In this document: piece by piece, positions 30,901-43,722 of the stretch | How the letters are laid out: every line of letters starts with the position of its first letter | Position numbering within the stretch: position 1 is the stretch's first letter | Source of the DNA: Eledone cirrhosa | Taxonomy: Eukaryota | DNA: 64,000 nucleotides | Assembly (NCBI GenBank): GCA_964016885.1 | Contig: OZ024740.1 | Span: forward strand, 81,468,001 to 81,532,000 | Reading direction: 5' to 3' | The notes under the pieces: model-generated | The model's database searches: none | What the model saw: only the letters and a program-made list of their open reading frames with translations | What the model was told of the DNA's origin: nothing | Program-made: the position numbers and the translations under genes

Positions 30901-31042
30901 TGTATATGTATATATATATTTATATATATATATCCCCCGCCCACCCCACTCTCAAATGCGTGAAACTAATAAACCTTTCTTCGTACTGCCTCTCTGTTTG
31001 GTTCCCGTTCCATTTTTCACTATATATTTATACATACACACT

Positions 31043-31089
<47 letters not shown>

Positions 31090-31124
31090 GCATGTGTGTG
31101 TATGTGTATATGTATATATGTATC

Positions 31125-31155
<31 letters not shown>

Positions 31156-31279
31156 GTATATATATATGTATATATATAAATATATATATATATATGTGTG
31201 TGTATATATATATATTCATATATATGTATATAAATGTGTATATGTGTATGTATATATATATATATATATTTACACACAT

Positions 31280-31329
<50 letters not shown>

Positions 31330-31338
31330 AAGTTTTAT

Positions 31339-33060
31339 TTAAGTTAATTTTATAGTATGTCTATTAAAAATTGAGTGATATTTATGTGTTCTAGGGAAGC
31401 GTTTGTCAAGAGCATTAAAAAATAGTTTAGCAATGTGGGTTTTAATATTTAGTGAGAAGGGGGGGGGGGCAAACCATATTATATTTCTAGTTCTATTTCT
31501 TTTCTGGCTTTTGGAATTATTGTAATGTTTTCTATTATAGGTGTTAAAGTTGTTACCGTAATTAAAATTGTTGTTATATTGGTTAGTTTGCCTATTATTA
31601 TCGATGTACATAATTTTATCACTATATCCTGCTCTAGCTAACGCTTCATTGTAATACTGCGCTTTTTCGTCGGAAATATTTTTATTAGATGAAATTCTTG
31701 AGATACGTTCTTGAACAGACTTCACTATAATATTTTTAACAGATCTGGGCTGATTAGAGTTAAAACTGACATATTTCAAGTTTTCATTTAGTTTGTGAAA
31801 TGGATAGTGAAGACATCTGTTGAGATTTAGTGTTACGTCTAGGAAATTGACTATTCTATGGTTATTCTCTATTTCTATTTTTAGATTAAGGTAAATAAAA
31901 AATTGTATAATTTGTTTTCTTTTTCTATTTAGTTCAGAGTTATTATTTTCAATAAGTAAAAGCATGTCATCACGATATAATCCTCCGGTTACACCTGGTA
32001 TTTTTCTATGCAGCGAATTAATTATAAATAGGCCCACAAGGTCCGTTACCTGAGCTGAGTCAGATGATCCCATAGTAATGTCGAAATTATTATCTCTATC
32101 TGCCCTAGTCCATAGTTGGTTATTAAATTCTATCAATGTTTTCCTTGCCGATAATATAATGTGCATTTCATTGCTAGTTAGGTCTGTATGTTTGAATGCG
32201 TAATTTAGTGCCTTATTTAGTAGATTAGGGTAATAGATGAATAGTAGTTAGCAATATCTAGTTGAATAAATTTATCATTATTGTTATATTTAATTTCTTT
32301 AAACCACTCAATAACCTCACCAGTTCCCTTCCACAAGTTTAAGTTAGGTAAACCATGTAAGTTTATAACTTGCTGTATCACCCTGTCTAGAATGTTTTTG
32401 CTAAGTTTACCCAGGTCAGATTTTGATGGTGCAATCAATCTGACTGGCAAATCATTTTCAAAATTTCTTTTGTGATCTTTCATATTGATCTTGGGTTTCC
32501 TAGGCAAGAAGGGTTGTGTTTTGTTCTCAATTTCCAACTCATGCATTATACAAGATGCCTCAACATTCATTTTCTCCAGTTCGTCCTTATCTGCTACTTT
32601 GTACTTTTTCCTTAGTTCTTTCAGTATAAGGCCATTATACATGTCTTTATGCACTCCATAAAGGTTGTTGGTTTTGTCCGATTTCACCAAGATCTTCTCT
32701 GTTCTCACTAAGTTTTCAATATTATCCTTAATGCTTCTTAGATATTCCTGGCCTTTGAAGTTTCTCTTGAATTTCACTCCTTGTATGATAGAAATTATAT
32801 CGTTTTCAAAATCCATTAAAAGTTTGTTGGGGGGTGGACTTTTTTTAGATTTGAAAACTTTATCTAAGTCTGAGACATTTTCATTTAGATTAGATTTATC
32901 AAAGTGGAAGGCACGCCACCTGATTCTTCTTATAAAGGAGTCTGATTTTTCTATTAATTGTTTAATAAAGTCTTTGTTCTTAGGTAGAGGTATGTCTTTT
33001 AGAGAAGAAGATATCTTAAAGAATTCCAATTTTTTTCAGTTATAATATAAAGCGCTCAAC
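31339..33060 (-). pseudogene. PLE reverse transcriptase, one frameshift, truncated before the endonuclease
   Basis: KSDKT, KDHK..PVRLI, QLDIANYYSSI, MGSSDSAQ, GGLYRDD, FLDVTL, WFAPP. Confidence 0.92.
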
Positions 33061-33210
33061 AGTATTGGAGCAAAATGTATGCAAAAGTTTTATTTAAAAT
33101 TGTTGGGTTACAACGAGTAAATATTTTATAACTGATATAAAGCACTCAACATGTTTTGGAGTAGATATACGATATTAAACAAATGGAAACTATATTTATA
33201 AAACCATATT

Positions 33211-33276
33211 TATTTCATTATACATATTTCAGGGATACCGTATTATAAATATGGCATGCCTTCCTCAGATAAAATA
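33211..33276 (-). ncRNA. Hammerhead ribozyme family B, upstream of RT ORF
   Basis: Reverse-complement copy of 33833-33898. Confidence 0.78.
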
Positions 33277-33832
33277 CAATATATAAGCAGTTTTATAAAT
33301 AAATTTGACGTACCATAAAATATTGATCAACTTCCATTTAAAAAAGTTGGTTTGGTAGTGAAATGTTTGTAAATATTTAGTGTTAATCACAGTTAGAAAG
33401 AAAGACGGAGAGAAGGAATAAATGTATGTAAAGAAAAACAGAGAGAGATAGAGAGAGATATGGGAGAGAGAAATAGCGAGGAGGTGAAAAATGAGAGGCA
33501 GCTGTAACACTATAACTAAATAAATAAATAAATAAATAATTACAGTACTCCCTCCCTCCTAAATCTCTCAATCTGTATGATGAATTATTATTCATCTGTT
33601 GCCTCAGCTGCCTCTCATTTTTAACCTCATCACTATTTCTCTCTCCCATATCTCTCTCTATCTCTCTCTGTTTTTCTTTACATACATTTATTCCTTCTCT
33701 CCGTCTTTCTTTCTAACTGTGCTTAACACTAAATATTTACAAACATTTCACTACCAAACCAACTTTTTCAAATGGAAGTTGATCAATATTTTATGGTACG
33801 TCAAATTTATTTATAAAACTGCTTATATATTG

Positions 33833-33898
33833 TATTTTATCTGAGGAAGGCATGCCATATTTTTAATATGGTATCCCTGAAATATGTATAATGAAATA
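33833..33898 (+). ncRNA. Hammerhead ribozyme family B
   Basis: TATTTTAT-CTGAGGA-AGGCATGCCATATT ttt AATATGGTATCCCT-GAA-ATATGTAT-A-ATGAAATA; 8-bp stem I. Confidence 0.8.
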
Positions 33899-33939
33899 AA
33901 TATGGTTTTATAAATATAGTTTCCATTTGTTTAATATCG

Positions 33940-33974
<35 letters not shown>

Positions 33975-34030
33975 ATATTATATATATATATATGTGTATA
34001 TATGTGTATATGTATATATAAGTGTGTATG

Positions 34031-34092
<62 letters not shown>

Positions 34093-34099
34093 ATATATA

Positions 34100-36614
34100 T
34101 CTATATATATAAAGGGAAGATGGACATTGTTTGGTGTTTCGAACTTGCATGCTACGCCGTTCATCCAATTTTCATAAAACCTCACACATATATAAAAATC
34201 AACGCGTAGAGTGGAATAGGCTACTTAAAATATTCGAAAAATCGATAATCGGGCCCTATGACAGAATGTTTTCGATTCCAATGAAATTTTATGTGAATTC
34301 GAACACAAGAACTCTTAGTTTACCTCTGGCGCATAAAAATAAATTTCATATGCCCATATAAGGACGTGTGTTATTGATTGGATGGCCAGCTGCATGTCTT
34401 CCCAGCTGTCTCAGTAAACGACCGCCTATTAAAGAGTTTATCTTTTCATATTCCACATTATTCAAGTGGAAATACAGTATTATCCCTATCTGAAAAGGGA
34501 ACCAAATTTAATGGTGTCTTTTGTGATGCTAAAAGCTGTGAGTAAATTTTCAAACAGTCTTAAATAATCATGCTTTTTGAAAAAAAAATTACTAAATAAT
34601 ACGTTCACCAAGTTGTATTGTACACATACAAAGTTGTAAAAAATGTTACGTCGTACCAATGTTTTCCTTTTTTAAACAAAAGATTCTAAAAAATTACTTA
34701 ATTTATAATACAGTCTTTTGCACAGGAAGTGAGTAACTTTTCGGGTGTTTAAACGTAAGTTCACCAGGGTTTGTGTCTTCATTATTAGCCCACCTCTAAT
34801 CGCATATTTTGTTCTGCTTACGACTAAATGTTATGAGAGTATTTGCAATTAATTGCGCACACGTACACACCTGCATGCAGATAGACACTGACAGCCAATA
34901 AAAATCGATAACTTGCTTATTAAGATATCGGTCAAAAAGAGAGATTGAATGTACTTTAGAACATTTTTTGAATATATTGTTCTTTTTGGCATGATATGTC
35001 AGAAATATAGCTACTATACACGTTGGTTATTTTTTGTAATAAAAAACGGTTCCTTTTGGGTGGATACTTAACGAGAAGAATCCTAGGGTTTTGGACAAGT
35101 TTGTTTCAGGCGCTGTATAGACGCCTATTTTGTCACACCTTGGTCATGAATTCGTATTCGTTTCCAATAGATATTTTCCGCTCTATAAGGCTCACCAGGA
35201 TATAAGACGTATCATTTAAAATCAGGTCCGCGCAACGGCGTGTAAGGCCAACCAGGAAAATGCTATCTTCTTTACTTTTAGTCTAGATCTATTACTTCTG
35301 TTAGAGCCGTGATTGATTACCATTGTATTATTTATACATAAGGCTCACCGGATTATAAAGCGTAGAGCTGTTTTGTGATTAAATTTAATTATTTTAAGTG
35401 GATTTTATAGACCGGAAAATTCGGTAAGTTATTGTAATCATATTTCCAAACCTTCCCATTCACCAGTAACCATGCTAACGAATCTGGTGTCATCTCTCTC
35501 TGTATTTAATCACCTCTCTCTAACCTAACAGCTTCGTTACACGTCGTTATGCCCACACGGAAACGTTCAAGACTTACCTCCAAAAAAGGCACAGCTACTG
35601 CTTTGAGACAACGAATTAGGCGTTCTCAGGTATGAGTTCATTCACAATTGATTAATCCTTTATGCAATATTCTCCCTTAATGTTAGCAAGTACTGCGTTT
35701 GTCCTAACTGTCACCACTTTTAAGCAACTACAACATTCTAATCGTAGTTATATTAAATTTATTGTCTTACCTTGATTCCCTTTTGTTCATGTTAGACTTT
35801 TCTCATTTACTATTGACACTGCCATTGGCTTAGCTAACCAGTAGAATTAATTAATTTTCTCTAGGAAACACCTGCTGAGCGCGAATCTCGACTCGCTGAT
35901 AGACGTCTTTCCCGGCTGGTTGAGTCACCAACATCACGTACGACAAGGCTTGCTGATGTTCGCCTTCGTCGCCAACAAGCGCTGACGGAGGAATCACCAA
36001 CATCCCGTCAGACGAGGCTTGAGGCTGTGGCAAAGAGCAATAACCCTAGATACAATTTTGATCAACTTTTTTACACCTATAGAAAATTTACCGGGACAGG
36101 TTTTTAGCTACTCAAATCTACTTCAGAGATCACGCATTGATGTAAAAAATCAATAAAACTGAAGTGGTGCTCGACTTTGCGCAATAAAACAAGGCAAAGT
36201 TACACATGGGAAAACTTTTTACAGGAACGTCCTATATTCTTGAAAACTGTCACAAAAGACTCGCCATTATGCCGCGGTTAAGATAAAGGCCCTTTTAATT
36301 CTTCTTCTGAACATGTGAGCACAAAAATTGTAAAAAAAAAAACAACCCTGAAAGTAATCGTCATTTTTACCGTGCTTTAAATTAACTGAACATTTAATAT
36401 CAAGCGATTTTGATTTCCGTCAGTCGTGCAGAGAACAATTTCAACGATACACTGTGTAACTACAATTAATAAATTACACACCTGTGTCTACTAACCTATT
36501 TTTTTTCATTGAAGTTCGAAGTTTTGAACCTGTGATGCGCGGGAAGTAACTTTAACACATTCTAACAGACCAATGGTCGACTTACACCCGGGCAACGCCG
36601 GTTACTTCTGCTAG
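34100..36614 (+). mobile_element. Non-autonomous Helitron (~2.5 kb)
   Basis: 5' A^TCTATATATATAAAGGG; 3' CCCGGGCAACGCCGG hairpin and GCTAG^T; inserted in (TA)n; no Rep or helicase motifs seen. Confidence 0.82.
35549..36107 (+). CDS. Putative two-exon STPR-repeat mini-ORF (RepHel N-terminus): exons 35549-35629 and 35865-36107
   Basis: MPTRKRSRLTSKKGTATALRQRIRRSQ, donor CAG|GTATGA, CTAAC branch-like motif, acceptor TTTTCTCTAG|, then ETPAERESRLADRR..ESPTSRTTRL..ESPTSRQTRL with 23-aa period. Confidence 0.55.
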
Positions 36615-36617
36615 TAC

Positions 36618-36655
<38 letters not shown>

Positions 36656-36745
36656 TTGTGTATGTGTTTTTATGTATTCTCTATATGTGTATATATATGT
36701 ATTTCTGTAGATGTGTTTGTATTTGTTTGTATATGTGTCTATTTA

Positions 36746-36785
<40 letters not shown>

Positions 36786-36791
<6 letters not shown>

Positions 36792-36922
36792 ATTAAATAA
36801 ATGGAAAACTATATTTATAAAACCATATTTATTTCATTATATATATTTCGGGGATATCATAATGTCGAGTGCTTTTATATCAGTTATAAATATTTACTAG
36901 TTGTAACCCAACAATTTTAAAT
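36786..36922. mobile_element. PLE family B micro-remnant (inverted HHR 3' half joined to tail)
   Basis: 36786-36858 matches 33167-33240; 36862-36920 is the reverse complement of 33085-33153. Confidence 0.7.
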
Positions 36923-36930
36923 ATAACTTT

Positions 36931-36999
<69 letters not shown>

Positions 37000-38183
37000 T
37001 GTATATATGTATATGTATGTATATATATATATATATGTGTATATGTGTATATATATATGTGTATGTATATATATATATATGTATATATATATATTTGTAT
37101 ATGTATGTATATATATATATATATATATATGTATATGTGTATATATATTTATATATATATGTATATATATGTATGAATATGTGTCTGTTTATTATATATA
37201 TGTGTATATATATGTATATATGTTTATGTGTATATATGTATATATATATATGTGTATGTGTATATATATGTATATATATTTTTATATATATATATATGTA
37301 TATAAATACATTACCGGAGAAAGTTTTTAACGATACTCCGGCCAAATTCCAACTCACACAACAATCATTACGAAATAAGTGAGTATATTCCTAATTAAAC
37401 GTTCGGGGTGCTAATTAAATGTATTGTGTGGAAAATTGGCTGTATTATTTCATGAGATATATCGAATATATCTCTTCCCAGACGGATGTCTCGTTCATTA
37501 TATGATCCCTACAATTTGGCTGAAATTATACCAATTTACGTAGCAGCTTGTATAAGATCAACAGATATATATTCAAGTGGGCTCTTATAATTCTTCAGTG
37601 GGTGCCCAATAATACTAATATTGATAATCTAACCAATATCAGTATTTAGCGATAATCACCATCTGTGCCTGAGGTATCTGTTAGGTTGCTACTCCAGCAG
37701 TTCTAAAGAAATACTCAAACTGATTAAAAATGGGGAAGTATATTACCGTAAAAAAAACAATACATGCGCAGGTCAATGAAGTCTAAAAGGAATTCCGGCC
37801 ACGTGCTAGAACTCAATTGGAACTTGAAAACACAACTATGTGTATACAACGTTTGATGACACGCATAGATATTTTCCGGGCAAAATAACCGAATGATATA
37901 CAAGAAACAATTAATATTCATATATAAAAAAAATAACCAAAGAAAGTCAAACCTTAAATCGGGAATTTCATATCTGTTGCACCAAGAGTAAATAAATAAA
38001 TACATTATCGGAGAAAGCTTTTAACGATACATATATATTTTGAGTATATGTTGGTTGTATACCTACACCTCAGTATGCAGAGTGGAGCACTCGACGAAGT
38101 GCACAGTTTGGTTTGGTTACTCCGGAGTAATGTAAAATGAAATAAAATATAAGTCAAATGTTTAAAATTTGGCTTCGTTTATT

Positions 38184-38238
38184 ACTGCTATATATATTTC
38201 GGTGACAGCCATCTTTGTCTGTAACCTCTTCAGGCAGT
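38184..38238 (-). ncRNA. Type I hammerhead ribozyme
   Basis: Minus: ACTGC-CTGAAGA-GGTtACAG...CTGTcACC-GAA-ATATATAT-A-GCAGT. Confidence 0.82.
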
Positions 38239-38295
38239 CCGAATTAGTGTGATAGAGAGGAGTACACATATTGTTGAGGTGTATAACATTGTCAA

Positions 38296-38367
38296 TACTC
38301 TGATATACCCAGTTCCTGGTTGGGTTGTTATTTCACTGGAATCATATGATTCAAGTTCCTCAGTAAA

Positions 38368-38370
<3 letters not shown>
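38296..38370 (-). ncRNA. Second, different hammerhead ribozyme
   Basis: Minus: TATTTTa-CTGAGGA-ACTtGAATCAtaTGATTCcAGT-GAA-ATA..ACCCA..TGGGT.TAT-C-AGAGTA; stem I needs a 1-nt bulge. Confidence 0.68.
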
Positions 38371-38399
<29 letters not shown>

Positions 38400-38454
38400 A
38401 ATATATATATAATTTATATATATAAATATATATATATATTATATATATAGGAGA

Positions 38455-38648
38455 CGATCGACTTTCGTCAAATCGGACCGAGGGAACAATGTTTCAATAC
38501 TATCTATCGGTCGCAACTCCAGGTAGAAGGAGCAACGTGAAATAAAGTGTCTTGCTCAAGGACATAACGCATCGCCTTGTCCAGGAATCGAACTCACAAC
38601 CTTAGGATTGCGAATCCAATTCTCTAACCACTCAGCCACACGCCTTCA
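38455..38648 (-). mobile_element. tRNA-derived SINE
   Basis: Pol III A box TGGCTGAGTGG and B box GTTCGATTCC, followed by TGTCCTTGAGCAAGACACTT core. Confidence 0.82.
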
Positions 38649-38649
38649 C

Positions 38650-38996
<347 letters not shown>

Positions 38997-39059
38997 ATGC
39001 TTTGAGAGGGTCATGTTGCAAATAAGAAGCACACGCACGAGTTGCTTTCACTTCAATAT

Positions 39060-40378
39060 TATCAATTAATTTATTATAAATTTAAGAATTTATACATTTC
39101 CGGTTGGTTGGTTGGTTCCACAACCAGACGATTGGTCATATATTGTCAATGTTCTTTCGTCACACATTCTGTGACCTCTTCAGTGACTGGGGATTCTTTT
39201 CTTGGTTTTTGTGCCTCTCCTTTGTTCTGCTCTACACCATCTAGATTTTGTGTGTGTTGTGTGCTTAGTTTGCGCATGTGTTACATCCAGGTGTCTGTGT
39301 GTGTTTATATTTGTTTATTTATTTGTTTATTTACATGTTACTGGATGATTGTTTGTTCTATGTGTGTGTTTTCATTTTGTCCTTAATTGTAAGTTGTGAT
39401 GTTGCTATTCCATTGATGTATTCTATTTAATTTTGGTTGGAGTTCATTTATGTTTATTGCCTCTGTGATTTGTCTAAACATTGCGTCTTTTCTGTGTGTT
39501 GATTCTATCTTTATTTCTATGTTCTCTAATTTACCCTTATGTTCTATTTTAGAATGTTGGTGGAGTACAGATGATTCTTTACTATCTTGAAGCTCTCTCC
39601 AGTTTTCATTTATCCGTTCTCCTATACTACGAGCTGCCTCACCTATGTACACTATATTCTTATCTCTACATTGTTCTTCAGTACATCTTATGCTATATAC
39701 TACATTTCTAGTTTTACAGTTAATATGGGGGCTTAGTTTACAGATTATACATTTCTTATCTATACAGGGAGGTCTTTGAAAAGGGTATGTATTGCTAATA
39801 AGTGTTTTTATGGAGGTACCTGGCCTTACTACTATCTTAATTTTGAGTTTATGTTTATCTAGGGTCCTTCAAAATTTGTAAGCTAATTCACCTCTAGGGG
39901 TTGTATTGATGAACATTACACTCTGGTATTTATTGCTATCATACCATGAGTTTATTCTATTAACCTTATTCTTAGTTCTTCCTATTCTATTCTAAAATTT
40001 GCTCCTATACAAGTGTCAGGTCCCATTTGTATCATTATTTACCATTTTTTCCTATTTGGTTCTGGCTCCTCTATATACTCTGATTTTATCTCTCTGATTG
40101 TAACCAGAGAATTGCATACGGTGGATGACGTGTTGCTTGTGTCTCTCTAGTTCTTTGGGGTTGCACATGCGGGAAACGTTTCTCATCACCCGTACCAAAT
40201 CCGCAATCAGTATGTTGATTTTGGTGTGGTCCGAAACAGCTGAGTTTCGGTGGATCAGATATTTGGAAGTCATGGGTTTGGCATAATGGTAACGGAGGAT
40301 TTGTTTTTTGTTATTAAAGGTTTCTAACCAGAACTCTGTGTCTAGTACAGGTAATCGATGGTTGGGGTTACATATCGA
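39060..40378 (-). mobile_element. 5'-truncated PLE (Nematis-like) with RT thumb, Cys linker and GIY-YIG
   Basis: KPMTSKYLIHRNSA, FSGY, PCIDKKCIIC, CKTRNVVYSIRC, YIGEAARSIGER, RQITEA; degenerate HHR core at 39145-39187. Confidence 0.85.
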
Positions 40379-40559
40379 TTATATATGTACATATATATAT
40401 ATATATGTATATATATATGTATATATATATGTATATATATATATATATATGTGTATGTGTTTTTTATGTATTTTGTATATGTGTACATATGTGTATTTTT
40501 GTAGTTGTGTTTGTATATGTTTGTATATGTGTATATTTATATGTATATAAAGGTAAAGG

Positions 40560-41690
40560 TGTACAGGGCATGTGTGCTCTCTTGTCTTCTTTATGCCTGG
40601 GAGACCTGGGTCACATATCGACACCACCTTAAGTAATTGGAGCGTTTCCATCAGATGTGTCTCACACGGATCCATGGCGTTCACTGGAGGGACCACGTCA
40701 GTGATGTCGAGATTTTGGAAAGCTCTATGTGTGACAGTATAGAAGCTCTTGTGCTTTAGCAACGAGTCCGTTGGAGTGGTCACCTTGCCAGGAGGAAGGA
40801 TTCTAGAATACCAAAACAACTCTTTTATGGAGAGTTGTTTAAAGGAAAACGACCGCCACATAAACCAGAAAAGAGGTATAAGGATTCCTTGAAAGCCTCT
40901 CTGAAAGACGCTAACATCTCTGCTGATACATGGGAGAATATTGCTGCTGGTCGTAATAAATGGAGAAAGACTGTATAGCAGGGAAAAGCTGCCTTTGAGG
41001 CATCTCGAATCGCATAGGAGAAAGTAAAGCGGGATGTGAGGAAGGGCATTGCTGTTGCACTTCCAGACGGTGAAGGTCCTCCTATGGTGCTGACATGCAG
41101 CGTATGTGCGAGACTCTGCCTAAGCAAAGCTGAACTCGAAAGTCATCTTCGCAGTCATAAAGTAAGACCAGTGGTTGACTACCAGGCTGCTGTTGGAGAT
41201 GCTACTCATCATGATTGCCAAACATGTGGTAGAGAATGTAAATCAGCAGGAGGGCTCAAGCGACATGCAAAAGTACACGAACTCCAACCACTGCCGACTA
41301 TTCCCAGTAAATGCTTTGGTTGCCGACCCTGTGCAAGACATTTTAGATCATTGGCTGGGCTAAAAAGCCACATTCGATCGCAGCGCTGTTAGTTGCTATC
41401 GTGTGTGTGTGTGTGTAGATATGCTTATGTGTGTGCGTGTGTGTGTATATATGTATATGTATATTATTATTGTTGTTGTCGTTATTATTATTGTTGTTAT
41501 TATTATTATTATTATTATTATTGTTATTAATATATGTGTGTATATGTGTGTGTGAGTGTGTGTGTGTGTGTATGTGTATGTATATGTATATGTATATATA
41601 TATATTTATTTTTTTTTTTATTTATATATATTTTTTTTCTTTCTCTCGTGCAATGGCCATACTCGATAACGAGGGGGCAGCCATCATATA
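40560..41690 (+). mobile_element. RTE (BovB-like) LINE 3' part with three C2H2 fingers; 3' UTR interrupted by microsatellites
   Basis: RWSGHL, RIPKQLFYG, KRYKDSLKASL, then CSVC..H..H, CQTC..H..H, CRPC..H; terminal motif 41650-41688. Confidence 0.85.
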
Positions 41691-41714
41691 TACATATATA
41701 TATATATGTGTGCC

Positions 41715-41777
<63 letters not shown>

Positions 41778-41778
41778 G

Positions 41779-41889
<111 letters not shown>

Positions 41890-41938
41890 GAAATCATGTG
41901 TCGAAACAGATATTGTTATACTTGGGGAGGGTCATATT

Positions 41939-42149
41939 TGCGTAATATTGCCAGAATTAATAACAGAACACACTCACTGTTTGGTTGGTTTTCGCTTCTC
42001 GCTGTCTTTTATATCTGCGATCTAACTTACTCGGTCCTCAATGTTGCCATTGAATGACCGACGGTCAAAAATAATACAGATACAATATAGCGAGAAGCGA
42101 AAACCAACCAAACAGTGAGTGTGTTCTGTTATTAATTCTGGCAATATTA

Positions 42150-42154
<5 letters not shown>
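41939..42154. repeat. Inverted repeat, ~65-78-bp arms
   Basis: TGCGTAATATTGCC...TTCTCGCT / AGCGAGAA...GGCAATATTACGCA; preceded by an HHR 3'-half-like GAAACAGATATTGT. Confidence 0.85.
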
Positions 42155-42191
<37 letters not shown>

Positions 42192-42264
42192 TATATGTGT
42201 GTGTATGGGTGTGGGTGTGTGTGTGTTTGTGTGTATGTGAATGTGTCTGTTGACACCTGCAGTT

Positions 42265-42820
42265 TTGCTTAAGAGAAAAATTACACTAATGATATGGTAG
42301 GTACTTAATATTTTGAACTGGTTTATAGAATTCTCTTGGACTTTGTGACTCTAAGTGGAGCTTTAAATTATTAGCTTTTAAAGAATTTCCCTTTTCTTTA
42401 AAGCCATGAACCATGACCGACCCCAACCATCTTATAGACACCTGAATTATAGGCAATGTTAGCCTGAAAGAAAGTTAAAAATAAGGAGTCCCCCCCCCCC
42501 AATCTGGTATTGTTTATAGAATTCTTTCTGTCTTTGTCACTCTAAATATAACTTATAGCCTTAAAGAATTAGCTTTTAATGAATTCCCTTTTCTTTCAAC
42601 CAATGACCTCCATCCATCCCACTCCCCACCCTCTCCTACCACATGAAAGATATAAACACTACAAATTTGTTTTGGAAAGCCAGATTCCTGATGATTACTA
42701 AAGAATGAAACAGTTCTAGTCCTGTAGAAGCTCATCTATATTAAAACTTTTATATTCTGCTTTGTATTGAGTAACTTACTTACTGTGCTTACCTCCGATT
42801 CAACTCGGAATAACTTACCT
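42265..42820 (+). mobile_element. PLE pseudo-LTR family A with HHR at 42682-42732
   Basis: Homologous to 23929-24425 and 1541-1672; CTGATGA...GAAACAG...CTGTA. Confidence 0.75.
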
Positions 42821-43164
<344 letters not shown>

Positions 43165-43722
43165 TAAAATAACAGATTAAAGTTTAAGCAAAGAATCGCT
43201 GCTTTCACCCTTAACGGGATCTTCTGTGAAGGTATGTATACCTTCTCGTACGTATATTTGACTGTTATGGCGTATAATTTTTACATATTCTGGCATTTAG
43301 GGTTTAGCTATGTGTATACGGGAGTTTTGCGTCTGCGTGAGTATGCAGGTTAGTACGTATGGTGGGTGTGTGTATATGTGTACTTCTTGTTTTAGTTGAC
43401 TTACGTCTCCGAACATTCGTGTATTTATTTGTAGGTATGTGTGTGTGCTTGTTATATACGTATTTATTTACTTATATACGTTTATATAATTATTTATTTA
43501 TTTGTACACAAGCATACACACACACACATATTTATATGTGCGTGGTTTTGTATACCTATGGTAAGGTTTTGCGTATGCTTGTGTATGTACGTATCTGTTT
43601 GCGTGTATGTATTTATTTGTTTCTATTACTTCTGTATTGTATTTGTTTACTTTGTTCTTAACCCTGTAGCGGAGATTCATTTGGTCTCCTAGTTAGAATT
43701 TTAGTCTACAAATTCTTTCCCG

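Larger units (their letters stand above)
31327..33940 (-). mobile_element. PLE family B (probably Hydra clade) with upstream pseudo-LTR and inverted pseudo-LTR
   Basis: RT ORFs on minus strand; inverted arms ~33167-33504 and 33606-33942 with ~100-bp spacer. Confidence 0.88.

Noticed and set aside
38560-38648. tRNA gene
   Set aside because: A and B boxes are present but the sequence continues into a SINE core without a full cloverleaf
39383-40378. Possible selenoprotein-type (Naiad) PLE
   Set aside because: Endonuclease is C-terminal and the linker cysteines read here are ordinary TGT codons; no in-frame TGA at those sites
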